Virus record (IMG/VR): IMGVR_UViG_3300033149_004108
Location: 1 to 53,959 of that record
Origin: a virus
Taxonomy: Duplodnaviria; Caudoviricetes
Length of the DNA: 53,959 bases
Strand: one strand, 5' to 3'
Numbering within the stretch: the stretch's first letter is position 1; every line of letters begins with the position of its first letter. Under the pieces are notes generated by a model. That model saw only the letters and a program-made list of their open reading frames with translations. It had not been told where the DNA came from and did no database searches. This document shows positions 18,043-26,938 of this stretch, in pieces. The position numbers and the translations under genes were made by a program.

Positions 18043-20202
18043 ATGGCGGAACGAGTCATTCCAATCAGCAGGATTCGGATATACAATGTCGGTTCAGAAG
18101 GGTACTGCACCGACCCAGGATGGGCATGGTACTCGCCCCTGTCTGTTGACCTAACAGGCGATGAAGCGGTGTGGTCAATCCCCAGCGCGTACGAGTGGGG
18201 CGCGACCGGCTCGCCGCCATCTGTGCCAGCATTTCAGAGCATTCAACTTGGCAAGCGCACATCTGTGATTCCGCGTTTCAGCGTCAATCGCTGGGATATG
18301 GACCTTGACGATTGGACAGAGAGCGGTTCATGGTCTGAGTTGCAGGCGATTGATGCACCCGTCGTATTCGCATACAACGCGAACCCGTCTGGCAGTCTCA
18401 CGGCGGATTTCTCGCATCCAGAGGGGCCGAATGTCGTGCTGGCTGTCCAGCCGCTTGCAGTTGGGGCTGATGCGGATATTACCAACACGCCGCCACAATG
18501 GACCTTCGGTTGGGGGCCATCGTCTCCTGGTGCGGGCGAGTATCGGTATGAACTGCGAGTCAACGCTGATGGGCGCGCAGAACTATGGCAGATTGGAACA
18601 GGAGGCACCGCGAGCGTCCTTGGGGCAGTAGACATTGGCTGGAAATGGCCACAGATTGGTGAAGAAGCGCACGCGCTCCAGTTGGCGATTCTCCACCTGT
18701 CAGATGGTATTGTGCTACACAATGTAGAGGCTGGAACCTGGCAGTTCATTTCCGCTGATGACCCAATCTGGCCCACTAGCGGCACCTTCGTATTCTCACA
18801 CAGTGGCAGCCGTATGTACTTCGCGCTGTGGGGAGTATTGGGGCCTGTCCCCAGCGTCGGGAGCACGAATACCCAGCATACTCTCACGAGTGCAGAGATA
18901 GATACCGACAGGACGCGCTCAACGAACCCGACGGTCGAGACTTGGGATAATGTACCGTCTGTATCCTCACCAGATGTTGCCCCAAACATCAGCGCGTCTG
19001 CGATTGACCATACTGGCACAGCAAAGGCGCAATGTGAGGTGGATGTTACCTGGGGCTACAAGGATGTAAGCGGGACCACGAATACCTACCGCTTCACATA
19101 TCTGCCGGAACTCTATGCGGTTCAGATGTACTGGGACCCTACGATTCAGTCAGCGAACCTGGCGTATTCAACCGAGTATGCCAATCAGATTGCCGAGGCG
19201 CGCGTCGAGTTACCAGACGAGAACTCTGTATCGCGTGCGCGGATTCGCCTCTATTGGAACACGAACGAATATGGCGCATTTGCCGACTGGCTATACATGC
19301 GCTTCATTGACCTCGCGCTCGGCTGGAAACATGACGATGATAGCGAAACGCTAACGGTTGTGTTCACCGGCTATGTTGCCGAGAATGATGTAGTGCAAGA
19401 ACAGCCGAATGTGGTGATTGCCAACCTGGGCGCGGTTGACCCGACTGTAAGATTGCGCTCCCACGAGTGCGATGATACATGGCCGGTGATGGACGGGTGG
19501 ACCTCGCAAGACGCTGTAACATACATTCTGAAGAGGTGCGGTTGGGACCCAACACGCGCAGATGCGACTGCCCTTACTGATACACTAAGCGAAGGCATAG
19601 CAGAACAGCCACTTTGGAGGCCGCAGCCAGGACAATCTCCTTGGGACTTTCTGGAGAAGGTTGCGCGATACAATGGGTGCGAGTGGGCGGTCAATGCTGA
19701 CGGCACAATCACTGCCAGAAGCATCGCCACCTGGACGGCAACAATGCACAATATTGCGGCCACCTCGATGTTGAGTCCAGCAGTAGACATTCGCCGTCGC
19801 AATGCATGGCAATACACAGGCGTAATTGTGGTGGGCAGAACTACGAATGGCAAGAAGTTGACCTCGATTCAGTCAAATGCCGACGCGGAAAGCAATCCTG
19901 CTGCGGCCAACTTCAGGGGCTTCCGGCGGTTAGAACGAATCGAAGATTACGCGTTCACCACACAGAGCAAGTGTGATGCCCTAGCCACCACATTCTACAA
20001 TTCCCTGGTATACCGCATGGGGGATATTGCCAAGTGGCGGACGGTTGGATACGAAACCGCAGTAAGGAGGGACAAGGCGAACATATCCGGCCTAAGCATC
20101 TCGCTGACCACCAGCACCTGGGGGATTGTCGCGTTGACCCACTACTGGAGTGCTCGCAAGCCTGGGTGCTATACTGAATGGGAGGCAGTCCCAATTACAT
20201 AG
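18043..20202 (+). CDS. Tail tip/hub protein
   Basis: C-terminal hub-like segment (VFTGYV...SPWDFLEKVA...NADG). Confidence 0.6.
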   Translation: MAERVIPISRIRIYNVGSEGYCTDPGWAWYSPLSVDLTGDEAVWSIPSAYEWGATGSPPSVPAFQSIQLGKRTSVIPRFSVNRWDMDLDDWTESGSWSELQAIDAPVVFAYNANPSGSLTADFSHPEGPNVVLAVQPLAVGADADITNTPPQWTFGWGPSSPGAGEYRYELRVNADGRAELWQIGTGGTASVLGAVDIGWKWPQIGEEAHALQLAILHLSDGIVLHNVEAGTWQFISADDPIWPTSGTFVFSHSGSRMYFALWGVLGPVPSVGSTNTQHTLTSAEIDTDRTRSTNPTVETWDNVPSVSSPDVAPNISASAIDHTGTAKAQCEVDVTWGYKDVSGTTNTYRFTYLPELYAVQMYWDPTIQSANLAYSTEYANQIAEARVELPDENSVSRARIRLYWNTNEYGAFADWLYMRFIDLALGWKHDDDSETLTVVFTGYVAENDVVQEQPNVVIANLGAVDPTVRLRSHECDDTWPVMDGWTSQDAVTYILKRCGWDPTRADATALTDTLSEGIAEQPLWRPQPGQSPWDFLEKVARYNGCEWAVNADGTITARSIATWTATMHNIAATSMLSPAVDIRRRNAWQYTGVIVVGRTTNGKKLTSIQSNADAESNPAAANFRGFRRLERIEDYAFTTQSKCDALATTFYNSLVYRMGDIAKWRTVGYETAVRRDKANISGLSISLTTSTWGIVALTHYWSARKPGCYTEWEAVPIT

Positions 20203-20214
20203 GGTGTTTGTGAT

Positions 20215-22398
20215 ATGCGAAGAAGCATCACAAAGCAAACACAACCTAGCAGGTATGCGCGACAGGTACTCTCTCCAGAACCGGAGAGTTACTACGGTCT
20301 CACCGCACTTGGCACATACGCTGCTGGTGGCATTGCCGCCCACACGCACGACCACGGTGCATTGACTGGTCTTGGCGATGATGACCATACGCAATACCTT
20401 CTTGCTGACGGTTCTCGGTATCTTGGTGGGGACCTGTTGCCAGACGGGAGTGGCAACAGAAGCATAGGCAGCTCAACCCGTGAGCTCGCTGCTGTCTGGC
20501 TTGACGGCGACCCGACATACAATCACGAAGCCGCCACCAAGGGATATGTGGACAGGGCGGTAACTTCCCTTGGGGCAGTGTACTTCGCCTATGACGATGA
20601 CTCCGGCATCTCCGATTACAAACTATGCGAACTCATACCCTCCAGTGGCGGTACGCAAAGCGTGTCAAAGGCCAGCCTATCGGATGGCGATTACATTCAG
20701 GGCTGGATTTCGACCGCTGATAATACTCCACCGATTTTGCTCGCTGGCGTGTACGATTTCACCATATACGCCGAAAAGACCGCAGGCACCAAGACCCTTC
20801 AGATATACTGGGAGTTGTACGAACGGAAGTCGGATGACTCGGAGGTGCTGATTGCTACCTCGGCTGACTCCGATGAGGTTGGGGGGAGCATCACCAAGTT
20901 TGCTCCGCCGATAGTGCTGACCGATGACTACTACCCCGATGCAGGAAGCCGGATTGTCGGCAAGATTCGGGCACGGGTAAGCGGTTCGGGTAACGCTCCG
21001 AGCATCACGCTCTATTACGAGGGAGACTATGACTCCAGGTGGGAGATTCCCGCGTCGAGTGAAGTCCTGCGATACTTGTTTGTCCCCTACGAGAATGCGG
21101 TCAGCGATGTAGACCTTGGCGCCTATGGGTTGACCGCACAGGATATTACGGTAACCGGCCTCACGCAGGGGAGCGTACCGTTCATAGGTTCGGGCGGGCT
21201 TCTATCCGAGGATAACGACAACCTTTACTGGGACAACACCAATAAGCGGCTCGGAATCGGGACGGACAGCCCCGCGACAGGCCTGCATATCTACGGAACA
21301 GGCCGAAGGGAAGCGCGGGTGGAGACCACGGGAGCCACCAGCGACGCCATTCTAAGCCTGGGCACGGACAACGCATCTCGCGCCGCGTACCTCATCGCCT
21401 ATGGTTCCAGCCACGCCAGCGCAGCCAATGACTTCGCCATGAAGAACGCGTACGGCGATATTGCGTGGTTCACTGATACCGGAGGCTCACCATCCGAGAG
21501 AATGCGCCTGAGCGGGTACGCGCTGACGCTCGGCACCTACTCGGCGACAGATGTCACCATTTGGCTACAGACCCAGGCTGGCTCCTATGACAGTTTCCTC
21601 AAGCATCGGGAGTCCGACGCAAACTACGGCTTCACCGTCGGATATGACGGTGGCCTGAATCAATACATCTGGCGTCGGCACAACAACAGCGAGGCGGGTT
21701 CAATCGTGATGAGCCTGTACCGCGACAAGGACCTGCTCAACCTCACGCCGGGGACGGACGCGCCGAGCGCGGAGGGCGACTTGGGGATGGATAGCGCGCT
21801 CCCCTCACTGCGTTACTACATCGGCGGAGATGAACATCGCGTTACGGCCAGCCTCTACGAGTTGTCTGCCCCTGTCCAACAGTCTGGCGCAGGCGGCTAT
21901 GACGATGATGTAGTATCCTACACCATCCCACACGAACTGCGTAAGGCGGGTTCTAAGTTCCGCGTTGTGGCGCGGGGAACGGCATACATCGCCGAGAACA
22001 ATAATGGGATGGCTGGCATAACGATTTACCTGAACCTTGAGAAGAGCGATGGCACGGTAGTCGTAACCTTCTGGAGTGGTAGTACAAACATCGACCAGGG
22101 GTTCGGAGGCTCCGCCAAGTGGATTGACTGGCAGATGGAGGGAGAGTTTGTGGCCGAATCCACTACGGAGATTCATCCGAACGGAAACGGTCATTTCACT
22201 GTGTCCAATTCAGACCCTGGTTGGCCGTCGCAGAAGACTTCCGATTGGAAGCGAAGGACCTTCGAGGACGCAGATTCGATTACCTTGGACGCGGCGACCG
22301 ACTACGACCTGACCGTTCACGCGCAATTCAGCGCGACTCCAGGGGCAGGAGCCTATGTCGAGGTAACTGGATTCTCGGTAGCCGTGAACAACAACTAG
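20215..22398 (+). CDS. Tail fiber/receptor-binding protein
   Basis: HGALTGLGDDDHTQY, AATKGYVD and LYWDNTNKRLGIGT fiber-type motifs. Confidence 0.75.
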   Translation: MRRSITKQTQPSRYARQVLSPEPESYYGLTALGTYAAGGIAAHTHDHGALTGLGDDDHTQYLLADGSRYLGGDLLPDGSGNRSIGSSTRELAAVWLDGDPTYNHEAATKGYVDRAVTSLGAVYFAYDDDSGISDYKLCELIPSSGGTQSVSKASLSDGDYIQGWISTADNTPPILLAGVYDFTIYAEKTAGTKTLQIYWELYERKSDDSEVLIATSADSDEVGGSITKFAPPIVLTDDYYPDAGSRIVGKIRARVSGSGNAPSITLYYEGDYDSRWEIPASSEVLRYLFVPYENAVSDVDLGAYGLTAQDITVTGLTQGSVPFIGSGGLLSEDNDNLYWDNTNKRLGIGTDSPATGLHIYGTGRREARVETTGATSDAILSLGTDNASRAAYLIAYGSSHASAANDFAMKNAYGDIAWFTDTGGSPSERMRLSGYALTLGTYSATDVTIWLQTQAGSYDSFLKHRESDANYGFTVGYDGGLNQYIWRRHNNSEAGSIVMSLYRDKDLLNLTPGTDAPSAEGDLGMDSALPSLRYYIGGDEHRVTASLYELSAPVQQSGAGGYDDDVVSYTIPHELRKAGSKFRVVARGTAYIAENNNGMAGITIYLNLEKSDGTVVVTFWSGSTNIDQGFGGSAKWIDWQMEGEFVAESTTEIHPNGNGHFTVSNSDPGWPSQKTSDWKRRTFEDADSITLDAATDYDLTVHAQFSATPGAGAYVEVTGFSVAVNNN

Positions 22399-22409
22399 AG
22401 GAGCGAGTG

Positions 22410-22667
22410 ATGTTCAAGACCCGAATGCACGCACGGCTATATGCGCTGCGAAGAATTGTGGGAAATGACAGCCAGGTCATTCCACTTCTGCGCGACATGC
22501 AGAAGGAACACCCGCGGGCTTTCGCGTGGCTAATGAACCGGCTCGACGCGAAGGTATCGGCGATTCGCGAGGAACGGTTGGCGGAAGTGCCACCGCCCTT
22601 GACTGAGTTGCCGGAAGGCAAACTTGAAACGCGGCTGATGCCGGAGATAGAGGAGGTGCCACTGTGA
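22410..22667 (+). CDS. Hypothetical protein
   Basis: GAGGAG RBS before ATG at 22410; coupled to the next gene. Confidence 0.55.
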   Translation: MFKTRMHARLYALRRIVGNDSQVIPLLRDMQKEHPRAFAWLMNRLDAKVSAIREERLAEVPPPLTELPEGKLETRLMPEIEEVPL

Positions 22668-22891
22668 GCGAGAAGAACGACGAACTCACTGACGACGAGT
22701 TGGAGGCGTTGCGCGCGGAGCGTTTCAAGGAACGCGTGCAGAGGGTTTTTGGGAAGATGGTCGAGGAAGGTGTAGATTTTCAGGCGGTGCCTGGATTCGT
22801 GCCGGACGGCACTGGCGGCTGGCGAATTGTGCTTCGTATCGTTCCCGTTGACACTCGGTTGCAGAACCATCGGCCGGAGAAGAAACCATGA
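22664..22891 (+). CDS. Hypothetical protein
   Basis: GGAGGT RBS; GTGA and ATGA overlaps. Confidence 0.55.
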   Translation: MSEKNDELTDDELEALRAERFKERVQRVFGKMVEEGVDFQAVPGFVPDGTGGWRIVLRIVPVDTRLQNHRPEKKP

Positions 22892-23397
22892 TGAAAGGAT
22901 GGAATGACATGCTTTGCGAGTTTGCTTCCGCATCGGCAGAGCGTGCGAGCACCCTCGTACACACAGGTAAGTGGGGCTGGACAGCCGCGCTCGTCGCTGG
23001 CGGCACTTCTTTTGTGCTAGACGCGCCGAATATCTGGCGCACGGCCGGTGTAGTTCTGCTGCTCTGCCTTGGCATGGACATGTTGACGGGGATGGTCGCC
23101 GCCGTCTTCGTGCACGGCCGCCACATCACCAGCGGGGCGATGGCCCGTACGATGGCCAAGGGGTTCTGCTATGGCGTGCTCCTCATCGTGGCCGCGTGTC
23201 TTGACGAAATCGCCGGAAGCCGGTACGCCCTCTCGACCACCGTGCTCACCCTTGGTGCCTTCTTGGAGATGACCAGCGTGCTGGAGAACACGCGGGCCAT
23301 CTGGGAAAAGTTGGGGCTGTCATGGCCCTTCGGCTTCCTCGGAGACAGGTTGCGCGAGTTGGGCAAGGAGGAGAGAGAGAAGCATGAAGACCAGTAA
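22888..23397 (+). CDS. Holin (phage holin 4-like)
   Basis: Several TM segments; MDMLTG, ITS..M, EMTSVLEN motifs; precedes the amidase. Confidence 0.8.
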   Translation: MMKGWNDMLCEFASASAERASTLVHTGKWGWTAALVAGGTSFVLDAPNIWRTAGVVLLLCLGMDMLTGMVAAVFVHGRHITSGAMARTMAKGFCYGVLLIVAACLDEIAGSRYALSTTVLTLGAFLEMTSVLENTRAIWEKLGLSWPFGFLGDRLRELGKEEREKHEDQ

Positions 23398-23986
23398 ACT
23401 GCGCGTCGTCATCAACCCAGGCCACGGCCCACGCGGCGGCGACCCTGGGGCAGGCCGCGAAGGTGTGTGGGAGGCCGACATCGTCCGCGCTATCGCTCTG
23501 GAGATGAAGAAACTGCCCACCCCCAAGGGCGTCCGCATCGAGTACAAGAGGCAACCAAAGCAGGGCAAGGATGGACTCTCCGCCCTTGGTATCCTCTGCC
23601 AAACTCTCCGGCGCAACAAGCCGGATGTTCTCATCTCCCTGCACCTGAACTCCACAAGGGAAAAAGAGACAAGGGCATCCTACTGCCTCATCATCCGCCC
23701 TGCTCCTGAACGCGTTCCCCACAAGGTCTGGGTGAACTCCGGTCTCCTGGCGAATCTCGTCAGCGTGGAACTGAGCGCGGCTGGCCTGTTCAAGGGGTGT
23801 CAGAGGTGGGACAGAGGGCTGGCCATTCTCCGGCGCACGGCGAAGAGCGCAGCGGTGCTCGTCGAACTTGGCTTCATCAATAACCCCTCACAGCGGGCGA
23901 AAATGCTTACAAGTACCTGGAGAAAACAGGTCGCCCGTGCTATCCTGAAGGCCGTGGGGGAATATGCTAAGGAGGAGTCCACATGA
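23384..23986 (+). CDS. Endolysin, N-acetylmuramoyl-L-alanine amidase (Amidase_3)
   Basis: INPGHG, ISLHLNS, LAILR, AVLVELGFINN. Confidence 0.92.
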   Translation: MKTSKLRVVINPGHGPRGGDPGAGREGVWEADIVRAIALEMKKLPTPKGVRIEYKRQPKQGKDGLSALGILCQTLRRNKPDVLISLHLNSTREKETRASYCLIIRPAPERVPHKVWVNSGLLANLVSVELSAAGLFKGCQRWDRGLAILRRTAKSAAVLVELGFINNPSQRAKMLTSTWRKQVARAILKAVGEYAKEEST

Positions 23987-24138
23987 GAAAGGGCTATGGT
24001 CTGAAGAACGGAAGTGGCAAAGGGCGCGGCGTCCCTGGCGGAGGCCGGCGGAACCGTAACACTGGCGGGTGCTCCAGGGGTGGCCCTGGGCATGGCCGCG
24101 GCGGTGGTCGCGGTAAGGGCACTGGTCGAAAGGGATAG
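23983..24138 (+). CDS. 51-aa Gly/Arg/Lys-rich peptide (not in the ORF track)
   Basis: AAGGAGGAG RBS; ATGA overlap with the amidase stop; MRKGYGLKNGSGKGRGVPGGGRRNRNTGGCSRGGPGHGRGGGRGKGTGRKG. Confidence 0.7.
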   Translation: MRKGYGLKNGSGKGRGVPGGGRRNRNTGGCSRGGPGHGRGGGRGKGTGRKG

Positions 24139-24141
24139 CGG

Positions 24142-24438
24142 ATGCTGAACTTCAACCGCGCTCAAGAGGCGATTGAATCCCTCGCGCAGAATTTCGGGCC
24201 GGAGGGGAAAGCCGCCCTCCAGGAAGCCCGCAAGACCCTAGAGAGATTGCAGGCCGAAGTAGAACCCCTGGATATTGCCCGTATTCAGGACGCGCTGTGT
24301 CTGCTCCTCAGCCGGTGGGAGCGCGTCGGGCTGAAGAGCAAGGAGGTGATGGAGAAACTACTGGAGGACGGTATCGTCTTTGAGCTCGGCGAGGGGAAGT
24401 ATCCTGTGTTGGTGAGGAAGGCGAGGAAAGGAGAGTGA
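24142..24438 (+). CDS. Hypothetical helical protein
   Basis: Tightly packed ORF in the lysis operon. Confidence 0.55.
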   Translation: MLNFNRAQEAIESLAQNFGPEGKAALQEARKTLERLQAEVEPLDIARIQDALCLLLSRWERVGLKSKEVMEKLLEDGIVFELGEGKYPVLVRKARKGE

Positions 24439-24439
24439 G

Positions 24440-24859
24440 ATGAAACTGCTAACGCTGTTACTGTGTCTGATTGTCGCATGTTCTGTCGTGAGTGTGTCGT
24501 GGGCGGGGCTTACTATCCCCCTTGAGGGCGCAGATGTTGGGCCGGCTGTAATCACGCCTCTTGGGGATGATGACCCGTTCGTGGCATTGGACATCACACT
24601 GCACCCGTTCAAACCGTCTGAGAAGCGGGTGGACACGCCGACCAATCTGAACGAAGTGCTGGCGTGGTCAAAGGACAACTTAGGCGTTGATATTCCCTTC
24701 GAGGGAGACGCCGACACGCTAATCAAGCCGCTGGGACTCGGTGTGAGCGAAGCGGTAAAGGTAGGGACCGTTGGCGGCGCCCCCGTTCGGTTTGGGCTCG
24801 TCTATCTATTCGGGAGGGATGCCGCGTACTTCATCAAGACGGACCTAGTACAGCTCTGA
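24440..24859 (+). CDS. Exported protein with a signal peptide
   Basis: MKLLTLLLCLIVACSVVSVSWA signal peptide; AAAGGAG RBS. Confidence 0.65.
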   Translation: MKLLTLLLCLIVACSVVSVSWAGLTIPLEGADVGPAVITPLGDDDPFVALDITLHPFKPSEKRVDTPTNLNEVLAWSKDNLGVDIPFEGDADTLIKPLGLGVSEAVKVGTVGGAPVRFGLVYLFGRDAAYFIKTDLVQL

Positions 24860-24892
24860 CCACTTCCCGCCCACCTCCTCACCACCACCGAG

Positions 24893-24930
24893 GGTGGCCC
24901 TGCTGGCATTGCTGGCGGGGCCATCCGCTT
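24893..24930 (+). terminator. Hairpin after the last late gene
   Basis: GGTGGCCCTGCTGGC-ATT-GCTGGCGGGGCCATC, a 15-bp stem with G:U pairs; weak T tail. Confidence 0.45.
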
Positions 24931-24944
24931 TCGAGCGCGTGAAG

Positions 24945-25052
24945 ATACAAAGAGCGAGAGGCCCCCACCACTGCGGGATGTAGTGGAGGCCTCTCCAGCC
25001 GCACGAACCGCAACACCAGAAAGGAGGGAGGCGATGACGACAACACCGCTCC
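24945..25052 (-). ncRNA. Candidate ~105-nt small RNA with anti-SD/anti-start-codon sequence
   Basis: Lies downstream of a consensus promoter, ends in a GAGAGGCC...GGCCTCTC hairpin, and contains GUCGUCAUCGCCUCCCUCCUUUC. Confidence 0.5.
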
Positions 25053-25058
25053 AATATC

Positions 25059-25087
25059 ATCATATCATGCCGTTTACTTGGTGTCAA
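25059..25087 (-). promoter_or_regulatory. Sigma70 promoter (leftward)
   Basis: Minus strand TTGACA-17 nt-TATGAT with an extended -10 TGn. Confidence 0.8.
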
Positions 25088-25166
25088 TCCCCCTCTCTCC
25101 TCGCTCACACGCGCGAAGACCCTCGCCTTTAGACGAAGGGCCTCGCGTTGGGGGTATCGAACGACT

Positions 25167-25481
25167 TCACTGTGCTGTGTCGTTCTTGTCTTCTTGGTCA
25201 GTTAGCATCGTCTCTAGAAGGCACAATTGTTGTTCTGTCTCTCCGATAGTCTCCAGTAGAGTCCGTGACATCTCGCTGAGTTTGGTTAGAGTTCCACTCT
25301 TTGATTCTATGGCTTGGGCTGTTTCTTGCTGTGATTCGCGAGGTGGTTCCTCTTGCAAGGTAAGGCAGAGGGTCGCTAGTCTTTCGTTTACGGCGTGCAA
25401 ATGGTCAAGTGCCACTACGAGTCGCTTGACCGCGAGGGGCAAAGATTCGAAAGCAACTGATGCCACATGGTCTTCGCTCAT
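25167..25481 (-). CDS. Hypothetical coiled-coil protein
   Basis: GGAGGTGAG RBS; last gene of the leftward arm. Confidence 0.55.
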   Translation of the reverse strand: MSEDHVASVAFESLPLAVKRLVVALDHLHAVNERLATLCLTLQEEPPRESQQETAQAIESKSGTLTKLSEMSRTLLETIGETEQQLCLLETMLTDQEDKNDTAQ

Positions 25482-25485
25482 GTTC

Positions 25486-25821
25486 TCACCTCCCTTCCCG
25501 AATCCTAATCACCCGCAACTTCCCGCCCACGGTTTGCTGACAGATGATTACTACATACCTGTCCAGCGGGATGGCGGCCCCAGCCACGCTTGTTACTTGC
25601 AGGGCCACCCCGTCATCCATGAACAGGCACCCGTCGCGGTAGTCGCGAATCACTCCGCGGAATCTCTGCGGGCTTGAGTTGTCGGTTGGCTGAGTCTCCG
25701 TGCGCACTACCGGCGTGTAGGCTGGCAGTTGCGGATGAAACAATGGTCGCCAGAGACCCCAGGCGCGGGCCGCGGTCGCGAGGACCGCGACGAACAACAA
25801 TGCGACGATGAGACGCTTCAT
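25486..25821 (-). CDS. Exported protein with a signal peptide
   Basis: AAGGAGGAG RBS; MKRLIVALLFVAVLATAARA. Confidence 0.65.
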   Translation of the reverse strand: MKRLIVALLFVAVLATAARAWGLWRPLFHPQLPAYTPVVRTETQPTDNSSPQRFRGVIRDYRDGCLFMDDGVALQVTSVAGAAIPLDRYVVIICQQTVGGKLRVIRIREGR

Positions 25822-26096
25822 TCCTTCTCCTCCTTTGCGAGTTCCTCCAGCATTATGCGCCACCGCTTGGGCAATCCCTGAGCGGCGTACTTCTCGGCGA
25901 GACTGTTCATTATGGCTTGCACCACCTCTATGGCACAGTGAACGTCTGCCGCCTCCCGCCACAGATGGCTGTACTATCTCCGGCGTACCATCTCATCTTT
26001 CATACCACGCAAGGTTCCCGACAATGCGGAGGCAGACAGCCCAAGGATGTGCGCGACTCTCCTCTCAAGCGGACTAACCTGCTTCTCTTTGTTCAT
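25818..26096 (-). pseudogene. 92-codon ORF interrupted by an in-frame TAG
   Basis: AAAGGAG RBS and ATG at 26096; TAG at 25976-25974; the frame continues to a TGA that overlaps the next ATG. Confidence 0.5.
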
Positions 26097-26264
26097 CCTT
26101 CGTTCTCCTTTCCTCTGCTTGCTTTCTCACGAGTTCCTGCGCTGTTGCCAAGTCAACATCGCGCAACGCGCAGAGCACACGGCCGCGACGAGCGCGCGCC
26201 AGCCGTCGTCGAGCACTGGCCTGCTTGCGGTCTTCGGCTGGATGCGGTAGTCAACGACCGGCAC

Positions 26265-26938
26265 CTAGAGGCCTCCGATGTCGAGTTTCATCTGTGCGCG
26301 TTCGCGGTCAATACGCTTCTGGGCTATCGCCGCGTATTCGGGGTTGATTTCCGCGCCTATCCAACGGCGACCTTCTCGCTCACAAGCAACAGCCGTGGTG
26401 CCGGAGCCAAGATAACAATCAAGCACCCGTCCTTCTATATGGCGCACCAACTTTCGTATAACCCATAAGGGCTTCACGGTTGGATGTCCTTCTACTTCCT
26501 CCATTCCGACTCTCCGGTGAATATAGCAATCATGGTCGAATCCATTTCCCGGTTCTAACCACCGTTTCGGTTTACCTTTTGAGAAGAGCAGGATGGCTTC
26601 TGAAGTCAGAAGCCATCCCCGCCAGGGGTAAGTGCAATCTGCGGGCTTATACATCCATAGCATTCGTTGAAAGTCGAGCGGCACACACGCTCCCAAGTCA
26701 ATCACTTTAGCGGTTCCGCTGAAGATACAACACATGCCCCCCCCTCTCAGTAATCGCGCTGCCTCAGTTAATCGTTCCTTCACCGCGAAAGGTAATCTTT
26801 ACCGTCCGTTTCGAATCTCCCGAAGCCATACGGCGGGTCGGTCACCACCGCGTCCACGCAGCCATCCGGTAACTGCCGCATGAACTCCAGGCAGTCGCCA
26901 ACCCATATCTTCCCTTCCCAATCGCGGGGGTCAATCAT
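26265..26938 (-). pseudogene. N4/N6 DNA methyltransferase (beta class) split into two frames near 26780
   Basis: GDCLE...VVTDPPYG in 26938-26780; HPTVKP, VLDCYLGSGTT and IGAEINPEY in 26783-26265. Confidence 0.8.

Noticed and set aside
20215-22398. Diversity-generating retroelement acting on the tail fiber
   Set aside because: No reverse transcriptase and no template/variable repeat pair were seen.
25011-25047. CAACACC direct repeats flanking 23 nt as a mini repeat-spacer unit
   Set aside because: Only two 7-bp copies; treated instead as duplicated seed sequence in the candidate sRNA.
25974-25976. Genome-wide TAG recoding
   Set aside because: TAG ends clear genes (4726, 9472, 11411, 20202), long genes are intact under the standard code, and no suppressor tRNA was seen.
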